A DNA stretch of 64,000 bases. It comes from an uncultured Candidatus Saccharibacteria bacterium. GTDB taxonomy: Bacteria > Patescibacteriota > Minisyncoccia > Phycocordibacterales > SW-6-46-9. Of this stretch, positions 1 to 11,526 are shown in pieces. The notes beneath the pieces are model-generated. The model did no database searches. It was not told the origin of the DNA and saw only the letters and a list, made by a program, of their open reading frames with translations. Numbering within the stretch: position 1 is the stretch's first letter; each line of letters begins with the position of its first letter. Both the position numbers and the translations under genes were made by a program. The stretch lies in NCBI GenBank assembly GCA_964534365.1, contig CAZHOI010000002.1, positions 8,138-72,137 of the forward strand, in the 5' to 3' direction.

Positions 1-43
1 AAATTAATTTTTGAAGATTATCACACACGAATCCTATATATCT

Positions 44-296
44 GTGTGCTAATAGAAATATGAAATTTCTATGCCATCAAAATGGTTATAGACGATTAAA
101 CGAAACAAAAAATTAACAATGTCTACTTTACGTTCATAATCCCGCTAGTCGGGATTACCTCACTATTGCATAGAAATTAAAATTTCTATTAGCGCACATT
201 TATAAAATTTTGTTTCTTGGCACAGATTATTTAATTTAAAATCCATTAGCATAACGCTAATAGATTTCTAATAGAAATCTATGCCGTTCAAAAGGT
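44..296. repeat. Three copies (44-86, 166-200 inverted, 254-296) of an ~40-bp element GCTAATAGAAAT(n)ATTTCTATGCC-TCAAAAnGGTT, each carrying an internal inverted repeat
   Basis: Direct reading: copies A and C are direct, copy B is the reverse complement; all contain TAGAAAT...ATTTCTA. Confidence 0.6.
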
Positions 297-302
297 TTCA
301 CT

Positions 303-335
303 ACCCCTCACTCACTAAAAATTGAGTGAGGGGAG
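303..335. other. Stable hairpin, 11-bp stem CCCCTCACTCA/TGAGTGAGGGG with an 8-nt loop; no adjacent T-run
   Basis: Perfect inverted repeat seen in the sequence; the same CCCCTCACT arm motif recurs at 50875. Confidence 0.55.
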
Positions 336-567
336 GTGGTTCACTTACAGACCGTAAGTGACTAAATTGTCAAAGGTCAACGATCTAGAATATTACTTGA
401 AACGTTTAACAAAAGCAACTGTTCCCAAGTCTATATTCAGTTGTGTTGTATGGAGTAATTTACCTTGTTAACAAATCGTCATGCGAAATTGTGTATGTGT
501 GGCAGGTATTAATGTCTATTGTAATTTAAAAAAACTAAAATGTAAAGATCTAGTTTAATTCTCAAAA

Positions 568-1473
568 CTAAATTACATAGTTTTGTTTAAATACCCGCTC
601 GAATTGGGCCATGGTTTTCATAAAAATCTCTCGGGTGAGTTCAAACGAACTACCCTCGTGTGCTACTCGATTACGAATCTTGTGAGCTTCCCAAGCATCT
701 CCCAGCCAGCCAGCATTGGCAGTACTAATTTGCTGTAGTTTCTCGGCCACGGTTCGCCCTTCGTAATTAAGACTTTGCAGAAGTTCATCTAACATAATAT
801 CAGCTTCCAGTATTGCGTGTCGCCAATCATTTTGATCATTGCTATCGATCAAATCCTCAATTTGCTTCCAACGGTTATTCCTCGATTGATATTCATTATT
901 TAGATCAGATTCTTTTTGATTTTCTTTAAGTTCTTCGTCGCGATAATTTGCCTGCAACGGTTCGCTAATTTTAATATTTTCTACTGTGGCTGCATCAGCT
1001 GATTTCTCTACCAATTTACCAACGTCTCCCATTACCGACCTGGTTGATACATCAGCATCGCTTTCATCATCAATTTTATAATAACCAATCTCTTCGTCCC
1101 AGGCTCGCATGATCCAGTAATAACGTAGATTGCTATAAATTATTATCAATAAACAGATAAAACTAATCACTGCCGCAAACCACACATACCACGGGGCTAG
1201 CTCGAATATAGAAAAACTGGCTAACCAATTCTGTACCGAGGTGGTAACATCCTCTATCCAGGTACTGGTTGAACTAACCATTGAAGGGTCGACCTCTGTC
1301 TGATTTATATTAACACCTTCAGTCAGTTGTGTTTGATCTGGCACATCTTCGCCTCCCGCAAAATTCCATGAATCGCTAGCCAAATTTCCCAGCAAGGCAA
1401 TGGCAAGCACTCCGCCAAATACCCACAGATACCATTCGAATCCAGCATCTGATCCTTTTTCATCCTCGGCCAT
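568..1473 (-). CDS. Membrane protein with two predicted TM helices, an acidic linker and a C-terminal HEPN-like domain (Rx4H motif RNRVAH)
   Basis: 301-aa ORF; hydrophobic stretches at about aa 15-30 and 95-115; C-terminus ...WEAHKIRNRVAHEG... fits the HEPN Rx4-6H signature. Confidence 0.5.
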   Translation of the reverse strand: MAEDEKGSDAGFEWYLWVFGGVLAIALLGNLASDSWNFAGGEDVPDQTQLTEGVNINQTEVDPSMVSSTSTWIEDVTTSVQNWLASFSIFELAPWYVWFAAVISFICLLIIIYSNLRYYWIMRAWDEEIGYYKIDDESDADVSTRSVMGDVGKLVEKSADAATVENIKISEPLQANYRDEELKENQKESDLNNEYQSRNNRWKQIEDLIDSNDQNDWRHAILEADIMLDELLQSLNYEGRTVAEKLQQISTANAGWLGDAWEAHKIRNRVAHEGSSFELTREIFMKTMAQFERVFKQNYVI

Positions 1474-1551
1474 ATTTACAAATTATACCACTTCAATTTC
1501 GTTCAATTCAGACCCTAAACCAAGGCCGCGGCCCGCGCAGTTCCACAAATG

Positions 1552-2943
1552 CTAAATACTATAAGATTTTTCAACTAGTTCACCTAATCTAAAACACCAG
1601 TTGTCGCGCAAGTGCGGGCACATCAACTGAAAGCCAGTTGGTAGATGACTACCATCAGATAATACCGAACCATTAGGAATCGATATCGCCGGAATTTGGG
1701 CGATATTGGCAGGGATGGTAAAAATATCTTCCAGATACATTTGTACAGGATCGGTAGTCTTTTCTCCTATTTTAAAAGCGGGGCCCGGAGTGGTAGGTGT
1801 TGCAATTCCATGAATTCCAGATTCAAAAATTTTTATAAACTCCCGAGTAATTGCCTCGCGGACTTGTAGGGCCTGACCGTAATATGAATCATAATAGCCG
1901 GCCGACAAGACATACGTGCCCAGCAAAATCCGACGCTGAACTTCATCACCAAAACCGGCTTCGCGTGATTCAAAATAATCATCAATCATATCTCGACCAT
2001 TTACATGCAGACCAAATTTAATTCCATCATAACGACCCAGGTTTGACGATACTTCGGCTGGCATAATGATGTAATAGGCTGGTAGTGAATATTTCATTGT
2101 GGGCAATTCAATATCACGTATCTCGACCCCCTGCGATTTCAAGTTTTCAAGTGTTTGGTTAAAATTTTGTAAAACACCATCATCAATTCCTTCTCTTTCT
2201 ATCTCGGACCACGGAACTCCAATGACCCATTTATTAGGCGCCGAAACCTTATCGGCTTCATGCCATTGCTGATTAGTAATAGTAGTCAGATCATATTGAT
2301 CCTCGCCACGCATAATATTAAAAATAGTTTTACAGTCTTGAACTGTATTTGCCATCGGACCAATTTGATCCAGTGATGACCCCATCGCAATCGCGCCGTA
2401 TCGCGACACCGATCCATACGTTCCCTTCATACCAACTATTCCACACATGGCCGCAGGTTGACGAATAGATCCCGCCGTATCAGTGCCCAGGGCAACTGGA
2501 ACCAGGCCGGCAGCAACCGCTGCAGCGGAACCCCCAGATGATCCTCCCGGAACACGAGTATGATCTAGCGGATTTAAGGTGGGTCCAAAAGCCGAGGTCT
2601 CGGTCGATGACCCCATTGCAAATTCATCCATATTAGCCCTACCGATAAAATAGGCTCCGGCATCTTGCAACCGCTTTAGTGCGGTTGCGGTATATGACGC
2701 TTGATAGATTTCGAGCATTTTAGACGATGCTGATGCTATATGATCTTCCAGTAAGAGATTGTCTTTAATAACAATAGGCACGCCACCCAATGGTCCTGCA
2801 TCATGACTAGTCGGCTCATCATCAAATACATCCACCACTGCATTCAAATCACTTTGATTGATTTTGTCTACCAGTTCATCCCTTAGACTTTGAGAGTCTT
2901 TTTCTCTTGTCTCTTTAATTGTTAGATTGGTGTCGTAAGTCAT
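1552..2943 (-). CDS. gatA: Glutamyl-tRNA(Gln) amidotransferase subunit A
   Basis: Amidase signature GGSSGGSAAAVAAG plus the catalytic Ser/Lys context; gatC lies immediately upstream. Confidence 0.9.
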   Translation of the reverse strand: MTYDTNLTIKETREKDSQSLRDELVDKINQSDLNAVVDVFDDEPTSHDAGPLGGVPIVIKDNLLLEDHIASASSKMLEIYQASYTATALKRLQDAGAYFIGRANMDEFAMGSSTETSAFGPTLNPLDHTRVPGGSSGGSAAAVAAGLVPVALGTDTAGSIRQPAAMCGIVGMKGTYGSVSRYGAIAMGSSLDQIGPMANTVQDCKTIFNIMRGEDQYDLTTITNQQWHEADKVSAPNKWVIGVPWSEIEREGIDDGVLQNFNQTLENLKSQGVEIRDIELPTMKYSLPAYYIIMPAEVSSNLGRYDGIKFGLHVNGRDMIDDYFESREAGFGDEVQRRILLGTYVLSAGYYDSYYGQALQVREAITREFIKIFESGIHGIATPTTPGPAFKIGEKTTDPVQMYLEDIFTIPANIAQIPAISIPNGSVLSDGSHLPTGFQLMCPHLRDNWCFRLGELVEKSYSI

Positions 2944-2955
2944 CAGTTATGGTTA

Positions 2956-3297
2956 TCAGTTATCCGTTTTAGTAATTATCTTCTTAACCTTAAGATAACC
3001 ATCTTTTGAATCAGGGGCTACTCGCATAATTTCATCAGTGTAAGTTCCCGGCTCGATCGGATCCTCATCAGCTCGCAGTCGATTTTTAGTTAATCTGAAA
3101 AAATCTTTTGGTTCGACATCAGGTACGTCAGCCTCGCGAATCTGATCGACAAAGCTTAATACTTTGGTAATGCTTTCATGCAATTCCCTCTCTTGTTCAG
3201 CATCAACTTTAATCCGTGCCAGTTTTGCAATAGATTGAATATCAAAATATGATTTCTTGGTATTTTTATTCATTTCAATAACTATATCAGCAACCAT
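2956..3297 (-). CDS. gatC: Asp/Glu-tRNA amidotransferase subunit C
   Basis: About 100-aa acidic protein directly upstream of gatA with GatC-like motifs (ITKVLSFVDQI...VDVEP). Confidence 0.75.
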   Translation of the reverse strand: MVADIVIEMNKNTKKSYFDIQSIAKLARIKVDAEQERELHESITKVLSFVDQIREADVPDVEPKDFFRLTKNRLRADEDPIEPGTYTDEIMRVAPDSKDGYLKVKKIITKTDN

Positions 3298-3311
3298 ATC
3301 TAGCCTCTAGA

Positions 3312-3327
3312 GTATTATATATAATAC
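3312..3327. promoter_or_regulatory. Perfect 16-bp AT palindrome GTATTATATATAATAC, a candidate operator and/or -10 element upstream of gatCA. Related copies lie at 3893-3908 and 3958-3970
   Basis: Palindrome read directly; near-identical copies sit on both sides of the TrpR-like regulator gene. Confidence 0.4.
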
Positions 3328-3474
3328 TGACTTTATTTTTTAGAAAATAATAATAAACTATCCTAAGACTAAAAAGATAATTTATCCTCCGATTTAAGGA
3401 TCTGAGGTCCACTTTGTGATGTATCTAATATTTATGAACTAAAACTCCCATATTGATATGATACATAATCCCCA

Positions 3475-3894
3475 CTAATTTGATTTTAATAGTCTTTTTG
3501 GCAAATTTTTGTAGCGATCTTTACCTACATAACTCGGCAACCCCATCCGACTAAAAGTCTCGATTAGTTTCCACATTTCATCTCGGGCTTTTTTCTTGTC
3601 CCATAACTTCACTAAATCGTCAAACCTCCCTGATTCCAGGTCAACTTGTAGTCGTTGAACTGTTTGTATTGTTACGCTACACATTTTCGAAATTTTATAA
3701 CTTGACAACCCATCGCCAATCAAAAAAATAATCGACAAACGCTTGGCCAACATAATGCGCTCGGTATCTGTTAACAAACTTCTTACCGCTATTGAAGTAT
3801 TTGATTTTGATAGAGTGTCCAACCAATTGCTAAAATTTTTATCTAAAGTAAATTGCTGTTTATCAGAAAGCTTTTTCTTTGATACGTGAGGCAT
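3475..3894 (-). CDS. TrpR-like (YerC/YecD family) helix-turn-helix regulatory protein
   Basis: 139 aa; ...LTDTERIMLAKRLSIIFLI..GLSSYKISKMCSVTIQTVQR... resembles the Trp-repressor-related fold. Confidence 0.55.
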   Translation of the reverse strand: MPHVSKKKLSDKQQFTLDKNFSNWLDTLSKSNTSIAVRSLLTDTERIMLAKRLSIIFLIGDGLSSYKISKMCSVTIQTVQRLQVDLESGRFDDLVKLWDKKKARDEMWKLIETFSRMGLPSYVGKDRYKNLPKRLLKSN

Positions 3895-3908
3895 ATTATA
3901 TATAATAC
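3893..3908. promoter_or_regulatory. AT palindrome ATATTATATATAATAC overlapping the start codon of the TrpR-like gene; a shorter copy is CTATATATAATAC at 3958-3970
   Basis: Seen in the sequence; same motif as 3312-3327. Confidence 0.35.
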
Positions 3909-4021
3909 CATTGTACCAAATGTTTATTTGAAATGAATTTCATAAACTTATGTAGTGCTATATATAATACTAAAATTCTAATCATAATTTAGTCTTATAT
4001 ACATTAGCTTTCTTTAAAAAT

Positions 4022-5449
4022 CTAGCCCAAAGATTTATAATGCTTTATAGCCACTTCTCTTTCTTCTTTATGACTTACTATTGGTTTTGGGTAATTTGTC
4101 CCCTCGAGGGCAATATCAAGTTCTTCATCTGACATTTCTCCTAGTTTATGAAGTACTTTACATTCAACATCTTTTAACTCGGGGATATATTTTTTAATAT
4201 ACAAACAATTTTTATCAAATTTTTCTTGCTGGGTCCAGGGATTAAATATTCTAAAATATGGTGCCGAGTCCGCGCCTGTCGAGGCCGCCCACTGCCACCC
4301 GCCATTATTATTAGCAGGATCATAATCAACCAAATGATTAGCAAACCAGCGCTCGCCATCGCGCCAATCCAAATGTAAATCCTTAGTTAGAAATGATGCC
4401 ACTATCATGCGCACGCGATTGTGCATCCAACCATCTCGCAATAATTGACGCATTCCAGCATCAATGATAGGAAATCCAGTCATACCCTGTTGCCACCTCT
4501 CTAGTAATTCATCTTTTGAGACATTCGATGTTTCGACTCCTGCCCAGTCCATACCCTGATATTTCTCTTGAAACTCATCACCCAAAACATAGGGAAAAGC
4601 ATAGAGTAAATGTAAATAAAAGTCCCGCCAATACAGCTCGGTAATATATTTGGAAGTCGGACTTCCAAATACTTCAATTGCATGCCAATAAACCTCGCGA
4701 ATCGATAAGGTGCCGAATGTTAAGTGCCCGGATATTTCGCTAGTTGAAATCTCTCCAGGATAATGGCGGTTGGCACGATAATCTGTCAAATCTTTGAGCT
4801 GGGCTAATTTGTTCAGCCCATGTGATCGCCCTCCTATCTGACGTGATGAATTACCCCCTGGATCCAGATCGCTCAAGATTGTTTTATTTGCTAGTAGGCC
4901 GCTTTGCGTTGTAATCAGATTTGCAGCACTAAACTTTGCCGGTTTGGCAACAGTTTGATTTATCGCTTTGCGTTTAAATGGGGTAAAAACTTTATAAGGC
5001 TGACCATCGTTTGTCGCCACCGATCCGGGTGCGGTTAATAAAACGTCAGCGAAAGTCACCAAATCAATCTCTTTACTGTCTATAACCGTTTTAATATTAG
5101 CATCACGTTGCAAGGCATATGGGGTATAGTCATTATTAAAATACACAGCCGCACATTTTTGCTCGACCGCTAAACGAGGAATCTCTTCCCAGGGCAATCC
5201 TTGTAAAAAATGTAACTTTGAACCTTTCTTTTGTAACTCCTCATATAGCTCTCGCAGTGACTCAATTAAAAATCGAAAGCTATTTTCGCCAAAGTAATCA
5301 TTTTGCTGTTTATCATATTGCGCTGGATCAAAACAAAATACTGGGATCACCTCTTGTGAATCTTCGCATGCTTTTATCAAAGCCGTATTGTCCTCTAGGC
5401 GATAATCGCGACGAAAAACAAATAGTGATTTTATATATTTTTTACTCAC
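4022..5449 (-). CDS. phrB: Deoxyribodipyrimidine photolyase (cryptochrome/photolyase family)
   Basis: N-terminal photolyase domain (FVFRRDYRLEDNTAL); C-terminal FAD-binding motifs WQQGMTGFPIIDAGMRQL...GWMHNRVRMIVASFL...NNGGWQWAASTGADSAPYFRIFNP. Confidence 0.9.
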   Translation of the reverse strand: MSKKYIKSLFVFRRDYRLEDNTALIKACEDSQEVIPVFCFDPAQYDKQQNDYFGENSFRFLIESLRELYEELQKKGSKLHFLQGLPWEEIPRLAVEQKCAAVYFNNDYTPYALQRDANIKTVIDSKEIDLVTFADVLLTAPGSVATNDGQPYKVFTPFKRKAINQTVAKPAKFSAANLITTQSGLLANKTILSDLDPGGNSSRQIGGRSHGLNKLAQLKDLTDYRANRHYPGEISTSEISGHLTFGTLSIREVYWHAIEVFGSPTSKYITELYWRDFYLHLLYAFPYVLGDEFQEKYQGMDWAGVETSNVSKDELLERWQQGMTGFPIIDAGMRQLLRDGWMHNRVRMIVASFLTKDLHLDWRDGERWFANHLVDYDPANNNGGWQWAASTGADSAPYFRIFNPWTQQEKFDKNCLYIKKYIPELKDVECKVLHKLGEMSDEELDIALEGTNYPKPIVSHKEEREVAIKHYKSLG

Positions 5450-5481
5450 ATAATTAGTTTATATTTTATTGCCACGGCTTT

Positions 5482-7230
5482 CTACCCGGTTTGTTGTCGC
5501 CACATCGCTCGATACAGTGAATCTCGGGATATCAGCTCCTCATGATTGCCCTGTTCAATTATTTTTCCAGCCCGTAGAACTAGAATTTTATCAGAATCCA
5601 TGATTGTTGATAGTCGGTGAGCAATTTGCACAATCATTAAATTAGGATTAGATTTTCGGATTAATTTTATAGTTTGAACAATTTGTCTTTCGGTAAGTGA
5701 ATCCAGAGCTGAAGTTGCTTCGTCAAATATTAGCAAGCCTGGATCCCTCAACAATGATCGGGCAATAGCCAGACGTTGACGTTCGCCACCGGATAATTTA
5801 ATGCCGGTTTCTCCAATCGTCGCATCCAGTCCAATACCAGTTTCTTTGTCACCACGTGACAATAACCCTTCGGCTTGTGACTGGCGCAGAACTTGCACTA
5901 TCTCCTGATCGGTCGCTTCTGGTTTTACAAAGCGCAAATTTTCTCGGATTGTGCCCGAGAATAATTGAGTGTCTTGTGACACATAACCAATCTGGTGGCG
6001 ATAGGTAGAAAAATTTATTAAATCAGCAGAAATATCATTGATTTGTAGCTGGCCCGCGGTAGGTTGGTACAAACCGACCAGCAATTTTATCAAAGTCGAT
6101 TTACCTGATCCTGACGGACCAACAAATGCAACCGTTTTGCCTGGCTTAATTTCCAAACTTATCTGTGAGACTGCGGTTTGATCAGAGCTGGGATACTTAT
6201 AACTAACCTCGTCTAGCACGATTTTTTGCAACAAATTAACCTGTTGCTCTCCAGTTTCATAATCAGATTTGGGCAATGATAGAATTTTTTCCAGCTCCTC
6301 ATTGGACGCCTTGGCCTGTTGATAAGTAGCTAATACAGTAGAAAGATTATAAAGTGGTCCGAACACGTAAAAGGTGTAAAAAATAAAAATGGTAAATTCA
6401 CCAAGCGTAATATCGCCGGTAAAAATTAGATACAAAGTAACGAACAGTACCAAAACTCGTACCAAATTAACTAAAGTGCCCTGGATAAACGTCAAAGTTC
6501 GCAACAGCACGACTTTTTTTAATTCCAATGACAGTACTTTTTCATTTAGGCCCAGCAATCTGGCTACTTCCTGGGCTACTAATCCCAATGCTTTAACCAA
6601 ACTAATGTTGCGAATTGTTTCGGTGGCCGAACCTGCCAAATCAGCCGATTGCGCCACAATTACTTGTTGAGCGGCACGAATTTTCTTAGATAGGAAGAAA
6701 GTAGTTAATCCAACGACTGGAATCAGTAGTACAAAAGTACTAAAAATATGAGGATGTACTAAATAGGCGTAAACCAACACAAACACCATCGCAATCAAAG
6801 ATAGAAATACATCATTAATTAACGACGTTAAGAATTTCTTCGAGTCATCGCGCGCTTTTTCAATATTTAATAAGATCGACCCTGATCGCTGATCCTCAAG
6901 TGACGAAAACGGCAGGTCAAACACATGCTTGATCGCATCTGCATACAATTCAGTTCCAACTGATTCGGTTAGAACATTTACGTAATAATCTTGAAACGCT
7001 TTGGCGGTGCGTGAAATCAAGGCAGTTGCTACCAACGCCATTAACCAAACCCCTACCCCTTGTAAATATCCTGATTGATTGAATTCACCAAAATTAGTCG
7101 CATAATCATCAATCAAAATCCTCATAATTTGAGGGTCTAGTAAGGAAAATATTTGATTAATAACTGCTAGCAAGATTGCTAGTCCCAAGAGTTTTTTTGA
7201 ACTTAAAGTGTATTTACGTAATAGCTCCAC
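5482..7230 (-). CDS. ABC transporter, fused permease/ATP-binding exporter (MsbA/Type I exporter-like)
   Basis: Six N-terminal TM segments; Walker A GPSGSGKST; ABC signature LSGGERQRLAIAR; Walker B LIFDEATSALD. Confidence 0.85.
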   Translation of the reverse strand: MELLRKYTLSSKKLLGLAILLAVINQIFSLLDPQIMRILIDDYATNFGEFNQSGYLQGVGVWLMALVATALISRTAKAFQDYYVNVLTESVGTELYADAIKHVFDLPFSSLEDQRSGSILLNIEKARDDSKKFLTSLINDVFLSLIAMVFVLVYAYLVHPHIFSTFVLLIPVVGLTTFFLSKKIRAAQQVIVAQSADLAGSATETIRNISLVKALGLVAQEVARLLGLNEKVLSLELKKVVLLRTLTFIQGTLVNLVRVLVLFVTLYLIFTGDITLGEFTIFIFYTFYVFGPLYNLSTVLATYQQAKASNEELEKILSLPKSDYETGEQQVNLLQKIVLDEVSYKYPSSDQTAVSQISLEIKPGKTVAFVGPSGSGKSTLIKLLVGLYQPTAGQLQINDISADLINFSTYRHQIGYVSQDTQLFSGTIRENLRFVKPEATDQEIVQVLRQSQAEGLLSRGDKETGIGLDATIGETGIKLSGGERQRLAIARSLLRDPGLLIFDEATSALDSLTERQIVQTIKLIRKSNPNLMIVQIAHRLSTIMDSDKILVLRAGKIIEQGNHEELISRDSLYRAMWRQQTG

Positions 7231-7241
7231 AAGTTAGGAAA

Positions 7242-9023
7242 TTATTCAATGGTTTGCATCATCCAGACATTGGGACAGTCGTAGCCAAAACCATTCCAGC
7301 GACACACAAAGTTAAGAATATAACCGGGTGTAGTCAATTGAGTTTGTGGTATCTGAGCAAATCCTCCTTCACGCAACCAAGCCGAATTAATCCTACTGCC
7401 ATTGCCGCTAGGTTCCAAAGTAAATGATTGCCACGAATCACCATTCCAGTAATAACCCAAATCGTATATTATGTCACGACCATCATCGACCCCGACCACT
7501 AAATCAACTTGGCTACCGTCGCAATCAGCATTTACCAAATTATTACCATCATTGTCTAATGGATCTGCATATCCCGGTGGCACCTGTGATCCATCCGAGA
7601 TACCATCACAATCACCAATTGCAGTGTTTGAACCAGGTCCGGTATCAAAATCAAGCGAAGTCATAAACAAAGACTCATCAGGCGACCTAGTTGCCAGATA
7701 TATATTATTATCTAATACCGCCAAAGCACTAAATTCCCCTGCTGTAGAATATAGCTCCAAAATTTCTTCAACTGTTTCGCCGTTAGTTCTGTAAACTTTT
7801 TGGGTGCCATTGTGTGGGTGGGATAAAAACATGACCGTATTTTCGTCTGTTTTATAAATATCCAGAACATCTGATACGTAACTTTCGTTGTTCTCAATTT
7901 CAAATATAACTTCTGTAGTACTTGATGTTAAATCAGTCGAGGCATACAATTTACCAGCTCTAGCTATCAAAACCTCTTCTCCGGTTGAATCGATAATGAC
8001 CTCAGCCTCTTCTAGTGCCCAGCTGTAATTACTCAAGCTTTCAGGAAAAACATCGCTACGAAGCCTGGCCTCGGACCTGAATCCCGCCGAGTATTCTGGA
8101 TCGTATTTCATCAAAAAAGTCGCCTGAGGTTCTCCGTCGCGAACACCAAAACTGGTTGGTGGCAAATTTGAGTTAACTGCGTATACGTTACCTTTAAATT
8201 CGAAAATTTCCGTTATACTACCCCCAACTTCATCGTCATTATTATCTGATAATGGTTGTAAATACTGGGTAAAACTTTCTCCATTATCGATACTTACCGC
8301 AATTCCAGGATAACGATGGCGTAATCTACCGCTAGGATATCTACCATCAGTTGTTTTGTCCATGTCAATAAACACTTCGGTATTTTCAGTACTACTATTT
8401 ACCCTTGCGAATGTAGCTCGAGAATGTTCGCCGTTACTAGCCTGTTCAAAATCCCAACTTCCATCTTCGTTACGTCTAAACATTTGAATCCCCCCGCCAA
8501 TGGCATCTAGGCTATTGTAATATAAATTATTATCAATTTCTTGAATGCTTGAAGTTCCTTCTTGAGGCAATCTTCTAATTCTGGTCTCATTATTATTAAC
8601 ATAAACGTCGTGCCCCCATTGTGTTGCCATTACATCATAATAGATTGGAACTACATTTGGCCCATTGGGAAACCCAGTTGCATAAGTAGCTATAAAAACT
8701 TTTTTTTGAGTACTGGTATTAACTGTTGCCAAATCTTGAATGTTGTCTCGATAATCGTCTGGGTTGTTGTAATAAGTTGCATATGGTGATCCCAAGGGTT
8801 CTAATTCAGGGTTCGCTGTTGCAATAGGTCCAGTATTTTCCCCCAATACTAATCCCGGCATTATAATTGGTTTTAACACATTAGCTATCGCAGGACTAGC
8901 AGCAAAACTTATCATTAGCAATGCAGAAATTAATCCAAAACCAGAAAAAATATTCGCAATTTTGATCACTAATAAACATTGTATCACTTTTATTTTAATT
9001 GCTGCTGTAATATACCTTGCCAT
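7242..9023 (-). CDS. Secreted protein with beta-propeller-like body and C-terminal thrombospondin type-3-like Ca-binding repeats (DxDxDGxxD)
   Basis: N-terminal signal/TM; C-terminal DCDGISDGSQV...DPLDNDGNNLVNADCDGSQVD repeats. Confidence 0.5.
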   Translation of the reverse strand: MARYITAAIKIKVIQCLLVIKIANIFSGFGLISALLMISFAASPAIANVLKPIIMPGLVLGENTGPIATANPELEPLGSPYATYYNNPDDYRDNIQDLATVNTSTQKKVFIATYATGFPNGPNVVPIYYDVMATQWGHDVYVNNNETRIRRLPQEGTSSIQEIDNNLYYNSLDAIGGGIQMFRRNEDGSWDFEQASNGEHSRATFARVNSSTENTEVFIDMDKTTDGRYPSGRLRHRYPGIAVSIDNGESFTQYLQPLSDNNDDEVGGSITEIFEFKGNVYAVNSNLPPTSFGVRDGEPQATFLMKYDPEYSAGFRSEARLRSDVFPESLSNYSWALEEAEVIIDSTGEEVLIARAGKLYASTDLTSSTTEVIFEIENNESYVSDVLDIYKTDENTVMFLSHPHNGTQKVYRTNGETVEEILELYSTAGEFSALAVLDNNIYLATRSPDESLFMTSLDFDTGPGSNTAIGDCDGISDGSQVPPGYADPLDNDGNNLVNADCDGSQVDLVVGVDDGRDIIYDLGYYWNGDSWQSFTLEPSGNGSRINSAWLREGGFAQIPQTQLTTPGYILNFVCRWNGFGYDCPNVWMMQTIE

Positions 9024-9053
9024 ATCACCTATTAGTCGTTTTTATAATCGAAT

Positions 9054-11036
<1,983 letters not shown>

Positions 11037-11065
11037 TTATTAATAGTATACGGTTGTTAGTCAGG

Positions 11066-11112
11066 TTTTTTCAAAAAAAAGAACCGCACTCCATGCCCCA
11101 TTGGAGTGCGGT
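11066..11112 (-). terminator. Rho-independent terminator (hairpin ACCGCACTCCA-n7-TGGAGTGCGGT followed by a T-run on the minus strand)
   Basis: Inverted repeat 11083-11112; the A8 run at 11073-11080 is a U-run on the minus transcript; sits at the left edge of the GC-rich island. Confidence 0.6.
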
Positions 11113-11121
11113 GCGGGTACT

Positions 11122-11307
11122 TCATCGGGCAAGCGGCCCGACAGACGTTACTGCTACCAGGTACAGAAACAGTGCCAGGAGCGCGATAGCGCGACCAGCA
11201 TTAGTTCGAAGTACCCAATCTAACAGTTTGCCGGTTTTGGATATTATCCAGTCTTTGCAGTCTGCGCAAAGTGCAGTCCAAAGGACTTGCATTTCTGGAT
11301 TACGCAT
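11122..11307 (-). CDS. Small hypothetical protein with a hydrophobic C-terminus, inside the GC-rich island
   Basis: 61-aa ORF only; composition matches the island. Confidence 0.25.
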   Translation of the reverse strand: MRNPEMQVLWTALCADCKDWIISKTGKLLDWVLRTNAGRAIALLALFLYLVAVTSVGPLAR

Positions 11308-11526
11308 GATTCTAGGGGAAAGGACAAACCACGAGACGGGGCCGCGTATGGCCGGGCTTCATAATCAACTCGAAGCTGGTGAAACCCTGACTAATTGCGG
11401 TCGGATCAGCAGGCTAGCTGGCCAGGTGGCTTGATCTTAATATAGCAAATTAAGCGTTGTAACAAAATACCCCTAAACCAAATCCAAATGGTCAAGGGGT
11501 CGGATCAAAAGAACAGAAGGAACATG

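Noticed and set aside
40-300. Possible CRISPR array from the repeated ~28-40-bp elements
   Set aside because: There are only three copies, one of them inverted, with irregular spacing (about 120 and about 90 bp). The copies are imperfect. No cas genes are nearby.
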